Virus record (IMG/VR): IMGVR_UViG_3300028029_000124
DNA length: 64,000 nucleotides
Source of the DNA: a virus
Reading direction: 5' to 3' (one strand)
In this document: positions 39,362 to 49,223 of the stretch, piece after piece
Numbering within the stretch: the first letter of the stretch is position 1
Layout: each line of letters opens with the position of its first letter
The notes under the pieces: model-generated
Seen by the model: the letters and a program-made list of their open reading frames with translations, nothing else
The model's database searches: none
What the model was told of the DNA's origin: nothing
Program-made: the position numbers and the translations under genes

Positions 39362-39753
39362 GCAGGTTCGTCAATAATTTCTAGGTCTATGGCTGCCTGC
39401 GTGTCCGCTATCTTGCGCTGAGACGATCTAGATTGCGCTTGCCTGCAGCGATTGCCGTACTGTGCTTCGTGATACTTAGGGATCACTAGCGCTTCCGGCA
39501 ACACTATTACTGCGCAAAACATAATGAGCTTAGGTAGGTGCTCCTCCACAAAATCTACGTGAGGGCAGTCTATTGCTGCCGCTACTTGCGCAGAAATGTC
39601 CGGTATTTCGGTAGAGTCCAGAGATAACACTCCTGCCTTATTCGCAGACTTTATTATCTCTGTCATTAGTGCTCTACCGAAAAAACCTAGGACTACGCCT
39701 TGCGCTGACGTGTCAGTATATATTTTGACGTAATTCGCAGACGAAAAATCCAT
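39337..39753 (-). CDS. Hypothetical protein
   Basis: First gene of the leftward replication run. Confidence 0.55.
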   Translation of the reverse strand: MDFSSANYVKIYTDTSAQGVVLGFFGRALMTEIIKSANKAGVLSLDSTEIPDISAQVAAAIDCPHVDFVEEHLPKLIMFCAVIVLPEALVIPKYHEAQYGNRCRQAQSRSSQRKIADTQAAIDLEIIDEPAWWQARKE

Positions 39754-39913
39754 GTAGGTCTACCTACACGGCAGGAAAGACAAACGCAAGCTTTTTGTGA
39801 TGTTCGTGCGGATAATTTTACTTTTGTTATTGAAACACCTCAATTGTCTGGCGTAGGGGAGATTTATCGTGTAGTGTTCGCGCGGCGTGAAGTCAAAAGT
39901 CCGCAACGGAAGC

Positions 39914-42682
39914 ATGGAAAAATTACCTATCCGATTTACGACGTTCGCGCATCCCACATCGGTACAGCCCACCACCCACAGTGGTGAGAAGGCGTTCCTA
40001 GACCTATTCAGGCTGGTTGTTTGTGAAGATAAGCTAGGCGTAGGGCTGTATTGCGCTTGTGAGTATCTACTAGGAAAGACGAGGAAAAAGGCTAACGTAC
40101 TGCATGTTACTTGCGGAGTAATAGACGTGGACAGCGCAAGTGAGAGTGCTGTGAGGGATGTTGTGGCGGAGTTGGATGACCTGAATCTCCACTATATTTT
40201 TCACTCAACTCACAGCCATAAGGTAGGGCTGTCTGAGGGTAAGTTCAAATGTCGTATCGTGCTGTTCTTGGATCGCCCATGTTCACTGTCAGATTGGCCT
40301 AATGTGTGGGCGGCGATAAACGTGCACCTAATTGCAGGACTCGCGGACACCAGTTGTCGGGACCCCAGTAGGATGTATTTTTTGCCTTCTTGTCCGCCTG
40401 GAGCAGAAGATGTTGCTTTCGTGAAGCACGTGAACGTGGGCGGCGAGTGTTTGCGTGTATCGGATCTCCTAGAGCTAGCGGAGTCTTTACCTGCGCTGTG
40501 TGACGAACAGAGGAACATAGGAATACCTGTACCTGACGAGGATTTGCTTAAACGTATACTAAAAGAAGACAGGATGTTAGCACTTAAATATGGGCTTGCT
40601 GCATACCCTGCAGCTATATCTGGACAGCATGGGGATGTGTGTACCTTGCGCGCAGCTATGCTTATTGGGGATTATGGTGTGGATGACGTATCGGGTTGGC
40701 CGCTTCTTTGCGAATATAACCTGCGGTGCTCTCCCCCGTGGGAAGAGTCTGAGTTACGGGAAAAGATGGCGAACGCCAGAAAGTACCGCACCTATTCTGT
40801 AGGTTGGAGGTTGGTAAGTAGTGTCGACGGAGACACTGTCTCCGCAGAACAACTAAAGAAATTTGCTAAAAAGATGTCGGACAAGTTAGGCCGTGATGGG
40901 GCTAACGGGCGAATGTTATCACGCATATTGTCGGGTTCCGGAGTGTTGGAAGACGCGTCGCAAGTATTCGAATCTATGGCCAGGATTGTGGCTAGTCGTT
41001 TCCCTTTTGCGGATGCTGCAGTCATGGCGAACCACATGGCTGCTGCAGTCAAGGCAACAGAGAAATTGGGAGACAGCACAGTTACTGAGGAGTATATAGC
41101 AAAAACTATACTCACTGCTCAACATGACATACATAGCAAAAAAGACTTGGATAGGCTTACAAGTCAAGCACTAGACTTGCGTAAAATAAAAGACGCATTT
41201 CGTACCATCGGCGTAGATAGGGAGACGCCCTACACGTTTAGTGAGATAGCTACTTTTGCTGCGGATGCAGGAGTAGCAGCAAACGAATTCAAGTCTAGGT
41301 GGATAATAAAGCACCACAACCAGACTTTCTTCTTTATCGGGGGAGAGTACACTAGGGGATATTCTGATCATGAGGCGCGCATGATGGCAATAGAGGCGCT
41401 GAAACCTACGAAGCTACCTATGTTCAAGGATGGGGCAAGTGGCCCTTCCCCTATGAAAATGTCTGAGATCGCTGAGAGGTATGGCTCTGTGGCAAATTGT
41501 GTAGTATCGGACATGTCAAAATCTACATCTCAATACTCTGGTGACACTAAAACCCTAGTGTTGGCCCCTTGCCCTATGCGGGATTTGATTCCTGCTTATA
41601 GTGAGCACGTAGATGGGTGGTTGCGTTCCCTTTGTCCGTCCGAAGAATTACAGGGTCTCCTCTTGGATTGGTGCGCGTGTGTTACGTTACTAGACAAGCC
41701 TTGTGCTGCGGTGTTCCTATACGGTGAGCCAGGTACAGGCAAGTCACTGTTTGGGTACGCTTGCGCTAGGCTTTGGCGGGCTGACGATATCGGCCCCACA
41801 GAGTTAGAGGATGTTACCGGAGATTTCAACGAGCTGTTGGCGAGTTGTCCTCTAGTACTTGGTGACGAATTTGTACCTACGGACCGTATCACTGGAGAAC
41901 CAAAAACGGACCTACTTAGGCGCATCGTACAAGAGAGATCTAGGAGCTACAAAGTAAAACATGTTAGCACATCTAAGCTACTGGGGGCGATACGACTAGT
42001 GCTAACGGCAAACAACCCAGACATCTTAGTTAGCGATAGGAAGCACCTAACCAATCAAGACATTGCTGCAATAACCGAGAGGTTTCTGTGCATAAAGGTG
42101 GGGGACAAATCCAAGAAATTTTTGTCTTCGTTGCGGGGAGTGCTGAACAAAGAAGAGTATTACGAGTTCTTTAGCGGGGACACCATACCTAGACACCTCC
42201 TATGGTTGAGGGATAACAGAGAAGTAGCTTATGGGCCTAGGTTTCTTGTGGAGGGGTTGCCTGGATCCGAGTTAGAGATGGCCATGATGGTGGGTTCGGG
42301 ATTACGATCCGAGGTGTGTCACTGGTTATCGAGATACATACTATCTGACAAACAAACTCGCGCAATAAAAACAGCTAATACTTCGAGTAAACCAGAGGTT
42401 ATACGTACCGAAGGGGGTAATGCGTTATTAGTAACAGCTCAGGCACTGTATGATTTGTGGATAATATTCAATCCAGAATCTAATAAGCCTACTATAGGGT
42501 CACTAGAAAAGGCGTTGGGTGGAGTATGTGGTACAGGGAGAATAAAACACAACGGAAATAGGTACAGGGTAGTGAACCTGACTAGGGTAGGCTACTGGGC
42601 AACGAATAACGGAGTATGTTCGGAGGAACAATTCTCCTCTGCTTTGGAGGTCCTAGGGTTGTCGTACACTCAGGCCAAGTAA
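39914..42682 (+). CDS. AEP primase-polymerase / PriCT / SF3 (D5-like) helicase fusion
   Basis: VIDVD, HSTHSH, CRIVL, DPSRMYF (AEP); CSPPWEESEL (PriCT-like); GEPGTGKS Walker A, LVLGDE Walker B, LTAN motif C. Likely start MEKLP at 39914. Confidence 0.88.
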   Translation: MEKLPIRFTTFAHPTSVQPTTHSGEKAFLDLFRLVVCEDKLGVGLYCACEYLLGKTRKKANVLHVTCGVIDVDSASESAVRDVVAELDDLNLHYIFHSTHSHKVGLSEGKFKCRIVLFLDRPCSLSDWPNVWAAINVHLIAGLADTSCRDPSRMYFLPSCPPGAEDVAFVKHVNVGGECLRVSDLLELAESLPALCDEQRNIGIPVPDEDLLKRILKEDRMLALKYGLAAYPAAISGQHGDVCTLRAAMLIGDYGVDDVSGWPLLCEYNLRCSPPWEESELREKMANARKYRTYSVGWRLVSSVDGDTVSAEQLKKFAKKMSDKLGRDGANGRMLSRILSGSGVLEDASQVFESMARIVASRFPFADAAVMANHMAAAVKATEKLGDSTVTEEYIAKTILTAQHDIHSKKDLDRLTSQALDLRKIKDAFRTIGVDRETPYTFSEIATFAADAGVAANEFKSRWIIKHHNQTFFFIGGEYTRGYSDHEARMMAIEALKPTKLPMFKDGASGPSPMKMSEIAERYGSVANCVVSDMSKSTSQYSGDTKTLVLAPCPMRDLIPAYSEHVDGWLRSLCPSEELQGLLLDWCACVTLLDKPCAAVFLYGEPGTGKSLFGYACARLWRADDIGPTELEDVTGDFNELLASCPLVLGDEFVPTDRITGEPKTDLLRRIVQERSRSYKVKHVSTSKLLGAIRLVLTANNPDILVSDRKHLTNQDIAAITERFLCIKVGDKSKKFLSSLRGVLNKEEYYEFFSGDTIPRHLLWLRDNREVAYGPRFLVEGLPGSELEMAMMVGSGLRSEVCHWLSRYILSDKQTRAIKTANTSSKPEVIRTEGGNALLVTAQALYDLWIIFNPESNKPTIGSLEKALGGVCGTGRIKHNGNRYRVVNLTRVGYWATNNGVCSEEQFSSALEVLGLSYTQAK

Positions 42683-42733
42683 TTTTTTGTTTGTCTTGCT
42701 TTGTTTGTGTATGTGTGATACACGGCAATTATG

Positions 42734-42807
42734 GGGCCCGTAGCTCAGTTGGTTAGAGCATCCGGCTTATAACCGGAAGGTCTCTGGTTCAATCCCAGAT
42801 GGGCCCA
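42734..42807 (+). tRNA. tRNA-Ile, anticodon UAU
   Basis: Cloverleaf: GGGCCCG/TGGGCCC acceptor, GCTC/GAGC D stem, TCCGG-CTTATAA-CCGGA anticodon arm, TCTGG-TTCAATC-CCAGA T arm; CCA not encoded (ACAA). Confidence 0.95.
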
Positions 42808-42809
42808 CA

Positions 42810-42851
42810 AAAGTCACCCCCGCAATCTTAGTTGATTGTGGGGGTGACTTT
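42810..42851 (+). terminator. Strong hairpin after tRNA
   Basis: AAAGTCACCCCCGCAATC / GATTGTGGGGGTGACTTT, 18-bp stem with one G-T pair. Confidence 0.75.
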
Positions 42852-42971
42852 CTAACATGCAACACAGATATGTGCGCTAGCTCGTGTTCGTGCGTACGTG
42901 CGTGCTCTGGGTCGTGTGTGTGATTGTATGCGCTCGCTAGTGTGCTTGTATGCGCTCGTGTTCGTGTATGA

Positions 42972-43213
42972 GCTCGCCCGTGTGCGTTCTAGGGTGCGTG
43001 TATGCGCTCGCTCGCTCGTGTGCGTGAGATAGTGCGTGTATGGGCTCGCTCGTGTGCGTTCGAGAGTGCGTGTATGTGCTCTCTCGTGTGCGTGAGATAG
43101 TGCGTGTATGTGCTCGCTCGTGTGCGTTCGAGAGTGCGTGTATGCGCTCGCTCGTGTGCGTGCGAGAGTGCTTGTACGCGCTCGCTCGTGTGCGTGCGAG
43201 AGTGCGTGTACGC
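42972..43213. repeat. 34-bp tandem repeat, seven units
   Basis: Units start at 42972, 43010, 43044, 43078, 43112, 43146, 43180; consensus GCTCGCTCGTGTGCGT(GA/TC/GC)GA(T/G)AGTGCGTGTATGY. Confidence 0.9.
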
Positions 43214-43881
43214 GCTCGTGTACCCTGTCTGGCTCTAACGTGTCGCCGTGGGCGGTATTGTGTAGATTGTCGTGCTTGCGCGTACGGCGAAACGGCTTGT
43301 GTACATAGCTGTAGTCTTGCGCACACCGCACCAAACAAAAAACACAATTCATTATGTATTTTTGGTTACTTGCACATAGGTGCTAGATGGTAGTTAGGTG
43401 ATAATGCCGCGCAATATGTGCCTCAATATTTATATAATAAAAATATTCGTCACAGTTTTTGTGTCGTGAGGTACATTTATGCCTCGATCGATCAGGTAAC
43501 ATTACTACCACAATATTTATATTACCGATATATTGCCGGATATCGGTGCAAGTTCCGCTCAATATCCTGCAATATAAGGCAATATAAATATTATTTAGGT
43601 AAGATCTCACGGAAAATTGTCGGAATAATATTTTATTAGGCTAATTAATATTTTATTAGTTACCCTGCAAGGCTGACATGTTCTCCAACGAAACCATATA
43701 TTTAGTAACGTACAACACAAAACAATATTTTATTATGTGGCTTCTACCCGAATTATATGTGTAATGTGTACCAGAATGTAACAAAACTACACTCGGTGCG
43801 CCAACCCCGTGATAGTGCGTATTCTTGTAGTTACCACCCCGTGCGGCACACATACAGAACAAAAATTAGTTGCGCAGTTTA

Positions 43882-43999
43882 CGCGGGGCCAGCTGGAAAA
43901 CGCCTAATTGGAAGGTTAATTTATTGAGAAATTTTTGGTTAGAATTAATTCTTCTTATTTCCCAAGCAACCAATTTGGCGTTTTCCAGCTGGCCCCGCG
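43882..43999. repeat. 30-bp inverted repeat (1 mismatch) around a 58-nt AT-rich spacer
   Basis: CGCGGGGCCAGCTGGAAAACGCCTAATTGG ... CCAATTTGGCGTTTTCCAGCTGGCCCCGCG. Confidence 0.92.
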
Positions 44000-44296
44000 C
44001 ACACACCGCTTTTTGCGTTCGGTTTTTCTTACGTCGATCCCTCAGCTTCAGTGATCGCTTGAGGTACTCTCAACACCAGCACACATCTTACCCCGTATGG
44101 CGCTCACATGGGCCGTGGTGAGGTTTCGCCCACCGGGGCCCGGGCATAGCAGCAAAAAACGCTAGGACGTTACTGGGGGCAACACATGGCGCACAGACAC
44201 GAACACATAAAATTAGTTTTTGTTGCTGTACGGGAAGCATCCCGGATTGACTGCGAACGCAAACCAAGGTAGTACTGTGCCGGACAGCCGATACAT

Positions 44297-44767
44297 ATGC
44301 GACAAGCCACAGCTGCAGCCACATCTGCAGCCACATCTGCAGCCACATCTGCAGCCACATCTGCAGCCTCATCTTCAGCCGCATCTGCAGCCACATCTGC
44401 AGCCACATCTGCAGCCACATCTGCAGCCACATCTGCAGCCACATCTGCAGCCACATCTGCAGCCACATCTGCAGCCACATCTGCAGCCACATCTGCAGCC
44501 ACATCTGCAGCCACATCTGCAGAGACGTATTCGGAAACTTACACTTTGTGCGTGATACCGGATCATGTTGGGGATGAACCATTCGTGTATGGGTACTCTA
44601 TACTGAAGACAAACGTTGGGTGGGATATATTGTTTAGGGAGGGTTACGGCAGTGCCCCTAACTACTCTGACTGCTGCAGTATCACTCACTTACTAGGCTC
44701 CACTTACCGAAGAGCAAACGATTTGGCGTGGGAGCAAGTAAAACAAAAATTTCCTGTCAGTGCTTGA
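44297..44767 (+). CDS. Hypothetical protein with (AATS)n N-terminus
   Basis: ATG start, repeat tract, then a plausible ~80-aa unique domain; other frames are also open across the repeat. Confidence 0.45.
   Translation: MRQATAAATSAATSAATSAATSAASSSAASAATSAATSAATSAATSAATSAATSAATSAATSAATSAATSAATSAETYSETYTLCVIPDHVGDEPFVYGYSILKTNVGWDILFREGYGSAPNYSDCCSITHLLGSTYRRANDLAWEQVKQKFPVSA
44315..44518. repeat. 12-bp tandem repeat x17
   Basis: GCAGCCACATCT, two variant units near 44351-44374. Confidence 0.97.
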
Positions 44768-44990
44768 CATATGTGGAACACGTAAAGCACTGACCATACC
44801 TATAAGTAATAGCGATTTGGTCACACCATGCGGCAAACACGAGATTGTCTAACGCTTAGGCACAGATACGTATTTATGTATAGATCAGGAAATGTCACTA
44901 CGAAAGCATTCGTGTACGCCTATTACATATTATGGGCAATGTTCCTGTGTTGGTTATGTATCTATGGTTGATTGTGAATTATAACTAAGA

Positions 44991-45680
44991 TCAACCACAA
45001 TCCCTGGATGTCTCTAGTGCGGGTAGTAGAGCAGCTAAAGATTCTTTTTCGTATTGTACCGCATCGATGTCGTGCAGCCAGTATGTGTCTCTCATGGTCT
45101 TTATTCTCCTATATATGCCTTTCTCTACTTCTTCCTCAGGGTAGCATTGCAACATACGCGTAACGAATGTTTGCTTGTATGCGGGTATCTCCACTCTCCA
45201 CCTCCCCGAAGATTGTAATATATTGGCATCAAACACATTATTCCCTAACTGTCTCCTTTGGCAATAGTGAACAAGCTCGTGAGACAGGATAGCTACACGA
45301 GATTCTGCTCTCTTGTCCCAAAACCCGTCAGATATCAATAACCTCTTGCGTAGGGCAGTAGCAGCAGGTCGCCCTACACCTAACCCCGACAGGTCTACCT
45401 CCTGCACACGTATACCTAGGCGACCGAGCATGGCCAGCGCTTCCTTCTCATCGTATTCGGCGTTACCTGTGACCCAACCCTGAGCACAATCTACAGCGTT
45501 AGCGTACTCGACATCGAAGTCAGATAATTTGTGGGTATCCGCACCCGGGGACCGAGCACCCAACAACACCGACGGAATACAGCCCACTAGAATAAATATA
45601 AACGACACTACGGACAGCCCGACCGCTAAAGATGACAAAAATACCATGGCGTAAACTAAAAAATCTCTGGTGCTAAACAT
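44991..45680 (-). CDS. Membrane/lipoprotein-like protein with HExxH motif
   Basis: Hydrophobic N-terminus ending LVGC; ILSHELVHYCQ and downstream EIPAY suggest a zincin-like fold. Confidence 0.65.
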   Translation of the reverse strand: MFSTRDFLVYAMVFLSSLAVGLSVVSFIFILVGCIPSVLLGARSPGADTHKLSDFDVEYANAVDCAQGWVTGNAEYDEKEALAMLGRLGIRVQEVDLSGLGVGRPAATALRKRLLISDGFWDKRAESRVAILSHELVHYCQRRQLGNNVFDANILQSSGRWRVEIPAYKQTFVTRMLQCYPEEEVEKGIYRRIKTMRDTYWLHDIDAVQYEKESLAALLPALETSRDCG

Positions 45681-45720
45681 AGCCCAGAGATTACCACATA
45701 TGTTGACCTAGCGAGACTAG

Positions 45721-46734
45721 TTAGCGACAATCTACAATATATATGTATTCTTTGTTTTCCGTGTGGCTCACTTCGCCAACACAACTACCCTTTTTGTTGT
45801 GTATCCCTATCTTGGCCCCAACATATCTCCTATAAGGTTTGGTTACGACGGTAACTTCCCCTCTGTTGGACAGCAAAGAAAACATGTCTTCTTTCTTTTG
45901 GTATCCTTCGTTGCTGAAAGACACAATTATAAGCTTGGCAGACACGTTGCGAAGTAGCACACAAAATTCTTCTGTGTGCTTAGGTTTAGAATTATAATTA
46001 CTTTTCCTATCCCTGACATCTACTCGCTTGCAGGCTACACCATAATGCTCCGGTTTGTCCCAAAGCGTCAAAGACTCCCAGATGTGATAATTTCCTAGGT
46101 AACTGTGCTGGTTGTACGGAGGATCTAAATACACGATGTCTGCCGCTACCTCAGCAGCGGCATCGGCTGCGTCCATACACAAAGCCAGGCCGTTGCCATG
46201 TTTAGCAGCAGGCAACACATCAGGCATACGCATCAATAGATCTTTTCCCGCTCGTGGTGCCCAACTCTTTAGGTATGCCATCTGTAGCCCGCAAGTACTG
46301 TCCACACGATCTGCTGCCTCCATTAGTGATGTGATCAATACAGATTTCAGGATTGGGGGCAGACACTTTCGCTCCAATTCTTCCCTAATGGAATCCACGC
46401 GCCTGCCGTTCTTTGGGTGAAAGAACCTAGACCGCTCGCAGAATGTTTGTGTGAAGTACCCGGCTTCGCCACACAAATTATTGAATTCTGAGATCAACGA
46501 CTCTGCTGCAGATTCGATGTTCTCCCTATCAGCCTCTACATAGCAAGTAGCTAAACAGTGAGCATAAGCGTTATGGTCGTTAGAGGTTACGCTATATCCT
46601 GCTTTTTTGAACGCATGACCTACCCTAGAAGTACCAGAAAAAATGTCTGCCACACTCGACAATTCAGAATATTTACTTGCTGCACACAATATGTCTGGGA
46701 GTAATGTCCTCTTAGAGCCTAAATATTTTATCAT
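45721..46734 (-). CDS. DNA adenine methyltransferase (D12/FokI-like class)
   Basis: YLGSK, DIFSGTSRV (SAM binding), SND, YLDPPY (catalytic). Confidence 0.9.
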   Translation of the reverse strand: MIKYLGSKRTLLPDILCAASKYSELSSVADIFSGTSRVGHAFKKAGYSVTSNDHNAYAHCLATCYVEADRENIESAAESLISEFNNLCGEAGYFTQTFCERSRFFHPKNGRRVDSIREELERKCLPPILKSVLITSLMEAADRVDSTCGLQMAYLKSWAPRAGKDLLMRMPDVLPAAKHGNGLALCMDAADAAAEVAADIVYLDPPYNQHSYLGNYHIWESLTLWDKPEHYGVACKRVDVRDRKSNYNSKPKHTEEFCVLLRNVSAKLIIVSFSNEGYQKKEDMFSLLSNRGEVTVVTKPYRRYVGAKIGIHNKKGSCVGEVSHTENKEYIYIVDCR

Positions 46735-46958
46735 GACCTGCGTAACCTGCGTAACTTGCTTGGCCTGAACAACAACGTCAATAACATAATTACTGCAGTG
46801 GATATTGTACCACTAAATATTTCTCCAGTGTCGTTGCCTAGTATGTTCATACCTATATAAGGCAAACAATTGCGCACCAGCGCGTACACCACTAAATAGT
46901 CCACAACACACACAAGTAAAAACACTATATTCAACATAAAATGCATATCTTTCCCCAT
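46731..46958 (-). CDS. Small two-helix membrane protein
   Basis: Two hydrophobic segments, basic C-terminus, overlaps the MTase start. Confidence 0.55.
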   Translation of the reverse strand: MGKDMHFMLNIVFLLVCVVDYLVVYALVRNCLPYIGMNILGNDTGEIFSGTISTAVIMLLTLLFRPSKLRRLRRS

Positions 46959-46970
46959 CTCATTTTCTTA

Positions 46971-47612
46971 CTACACATGCACATAGCTACGTTTGGCACC
47001 TATGTAACCATCCAGCCAAGAAGTGGGCTCCACATGAAATTCGTCGTCTTCCTCTATGTCCATACACGCTAACTCTTCTGCCACACGCCTTGACGCACAC
47101 ATAGACATCTCAGATACGGTCAAAGCAGCAGAGCTTGTTTTCTTATTGCGTGCGTCCCTCTCCCCGTTTAGACGCTCTGCTACTGTGGCCACTGCTCCCA
47201 ACAAAAATGATGTTTCGCAACCCCCACAATCAATGGGCAAAGACAGCAATACAGACCTAGCAGCACGTGCAAGACATAACGCATGGTTAGCAGCCTGCTC
47301 CTGACCCACAATGGAAATTTCTCCGCAGTCGGATATCAACACCTGACAAGAGTTATGTTCGGCAAATAAATCGAACAACTCCACCTCCCAAATGTTCCTG
47401 GCAGTATCTGTGTCTTCCTGAAGACGCACGCCCGAACCGCCGGAAATATTGTTAGTTTGGATGTTGTATTTGCTGGCAAGAGCTTGCGCGCGAGCTGCTG
47501 CGTTTGCTGCCTCGTACACATTGCTGGACGTGGCAAGGAGCATCAATTTTGAGATCCTATCCTCTTGCCTACGTAGAAAACTAACACTTGTGTGTTTTGT
47601 TGTACTGTACAC
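46971..47612 (-). CDS. DUF2786-like protein
   Basis: RISKLMLLATSSNVYEAANAAARAQALASKYNI matches the DUF2786 N-terminal pattern; start uncertain. Confidence 0.65.
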   Translation of the reverse strand: MYSTTKHTSVSFLRRQEDRISKLMLLATSSNVYEAANAAARAQALASKYNIQTNNISGGSGVRLQEDTDTARNIWEVELFDLFAEHNSCQVLISDCGEISIVGQEQAANHALCLARAARSVLLSLPIDCGGCETSFLLGAVATVAERLNGERDARNKKTSSAALTVSEMSMCASRRVAEELACMDIEEDDEFHVEPTSWLDGYIGAKRSYVHV

Positions 47613-47617
47613 ACCCC

Positions 47618-47645
47618 GAAACCCCGTGCGGTTAGCTACGGGGTC
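47618..47645 (-). terminator. Cassette-junction hairpin, copy 1
   Basis: GAAACCCCGT-GCGGTTAGCT-ACGGGGTC; recurs at 48289, 49175, 50149, 50851, 51602 (truncated), 52340. Confidence 0.65.
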
Positions 47646-47666
47646 AGTGTCTATAGGGTAACAGTG

Positions 47667-48209
47667 CTACTGGTTAATTATCTCTATCCCTAGTACGCAT
47701 GTTGAACCGCACACCTCTGCTGAGCCGGACACATACGCATCTCCGTGCACCTGGGCATCTCCGTGCACCTGGGCATCTCCGGATACATGTGCGCGTCCGA
47801 ACACCTGCGCCGAGCCGAACACCTTAGCGTAGTCGCACACCTCCGCCGCGCCAGCTAACCACGCATGTCCGCACACCTTAGCCGAGCCGGACACCTCCGC
47901 CGAGCCATACACCCAGGCCGAGTCGTATACTAGCACATCCCCAAACACCTTAGCCGAGCCGAACACCTCCGCCGAGCCGAACACCTGTGCAGAACCGGAC
48001 ACCTTCGCCGATCCGGACACCTCCGCCGTGTCGAATACTTGCGCCGAGTCACATACCTCCGCCTCGTCTCGCACCCGAGCACCTCGCCCAACAAAAGCAG
48101 TAGGTGCTACGGACGCTGTATCTTCTACGAGCCCACCTCCGTTTTTGTGGTGGTGCCAACCAGGAGGGGCAGAGGAGAGACCAATTAGATTTGTTTTTAC
48201 TTGTTCCAT
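47667..48209 (-). CDS. Hexapeptide-repeat (LbH) protein
   Basis: GWHHHKNGGGLVEDT leader plus hexads. Confidence 0.85.
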   Translation of the reverse strand: MEQVKTNLIGLSSAPPGWHHHKNGGGLVEDTASVAPTAFVGRGARVRDEAEVCDSAQVFDTAEVSGSAKVSGSAQVFGSAEVFGSAKVFGDVLVYDSAWVYGSAEVSGSAKVCGHAWLAGAAEVCDYAKVFGSAQVFGRAHVSGDAQVHGDAQVHGDAYVSGSAEVCGSTCVLGIEIINQ

Positions 48210-48337
48210 TTTTTGTTCCTATTTCTTAGACTGATATTGCGGTAGACTATTCAAAATAAACGAGATAAAATAATCGTCCTGGCACCTCGAAACCCCGTGC
48301 GGTTAGCTACGGGGTCAGGGCCCATTGAGGCGGCTGA
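48210..48337 (-). promoter_or_regulatory. Repeated ~120-bp cassette junction (hairpin, T-rich tract, promoter-like segment, RBS)
   Basis: Homologous to 49109-49223, 50073-50192, 50772-50893, 51524-51619, 52262-52389 and partly 52948-53019. Coding strand: hairpin, TTATTTT tract, TTGAAT, GAGTCTAA, AGG(G)AC-A5-ATG. Confidence 0.75.
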
Positions 48338-49108
48338 CTACTCACCAATTTCGGCGTCACCGCACACACACTCTCGGCCACACACCCTCGCCCGGCCGTA
48401 CACCCACACATCTCCGGACACCTGCGCCGAGTCGTACACCCGCGCCGAGTCGTACACCCGCGCATCGCCGAACACCCGCGCATCGCCGAACACCCGCGCC
48501 GCGCCGTATACCTGCGCCGCGCCGTATACCTGCGCCGCGCCGTATGCCTGCGCCGAGCCGTATACCTGCACATCGCCGGACACCTTCGCGCGGTCAAGTA
48601 CCCACGCCTTGCCGTATACATGTGCCGAGCCGTACACATGTGCCGAGCCGTACACCTCCGCCGAGCCGTACACCTCCGCCGAGCCGTACACCTTAGCGTA
48701 GTCGTGAACATCCGCCGATCCGAACACCTTCGCTTTTCCGCATATCGCCGCCTCTCTGTACACCATCGCCTCGCCAAACACCTTCGCCGATCCGCACACC
48801 TCTGCACACTCAAACACTCGCGCCGACCCATACACCGAAGCATTGCCGGATACTTCCGCCGAGCCGGATACTTCCGCCGAGCCAAACACTCGCGCCGTGC
48901 CGGACACCTCAGCGCGCCCGCGCACCTTAGCGCAGTTGTACACCTCCGCCGAGCCCAGCACCCGAGCACCCGGGCCAACAAACGCAGTGGTTGCGACGGT
49001 TGCCGTATCTTCTACGAGCCCGCCTCCGTTTGGGTGGCGGTGCCAACCTACGGGAGCGACGGAGAGTTTTACTATATATGTTTTTTCTTGTCCCATGTCC
49101 GTAACCAT
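48338..49108 (-). CDS. Hexapeptide-repeat (LbH) protein
   Basis: Shared leader, hexads, ends GDAEIGE*. Confidence 0.85.
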   Translation of the reverse strand: MVTDMGQEKTYIVKLSVAPVGWHRHPNGGGLVEDTATVATTAFVGPGARVLGSAEVYNCAKVRGRAEVSGTARVFGSAEVSGSAEVSGNASVYGSARVFECAEVCGSAKVFGEAMVYREAAICGKAKVFGSADVHDYAKVYGSAEVYGSAEVYGSAHVYGSAHVYGKAWVLDRAKVSGDVQVYGSAQAYGAAQVYGAAQVYGAARVFGDARVFGDARVYDSARVYDSAQVSGDVWVYGRARVCGRECVCGDAEIGE

Positions 49109-49223
49109 TTATTAGACTGGTGTTGTGAGCTACTATTCAAAATAAAAGAAAGAAAATAATCGTCCCGGCACCTAGAAACCCCGTGCGGTGAGCTACGGGG
49201 TCATGGCCTATAGGGCAATAGTG

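Noticed and set aside
42852-43393. ORFs across the 34-bp repeat (HTR/VCV-rich)
   Set aside because: Low-complexity translations of a repeat whose unit is not a multiple of three; both strands give equally implausible products.
42972-44518. CRISPR array
   Set aside because: The 34-bp and 12-bp repeats are head-to-tail with no unique spacers, and there is no cas operon; the Cas4-like nuclease sits in the replication block.
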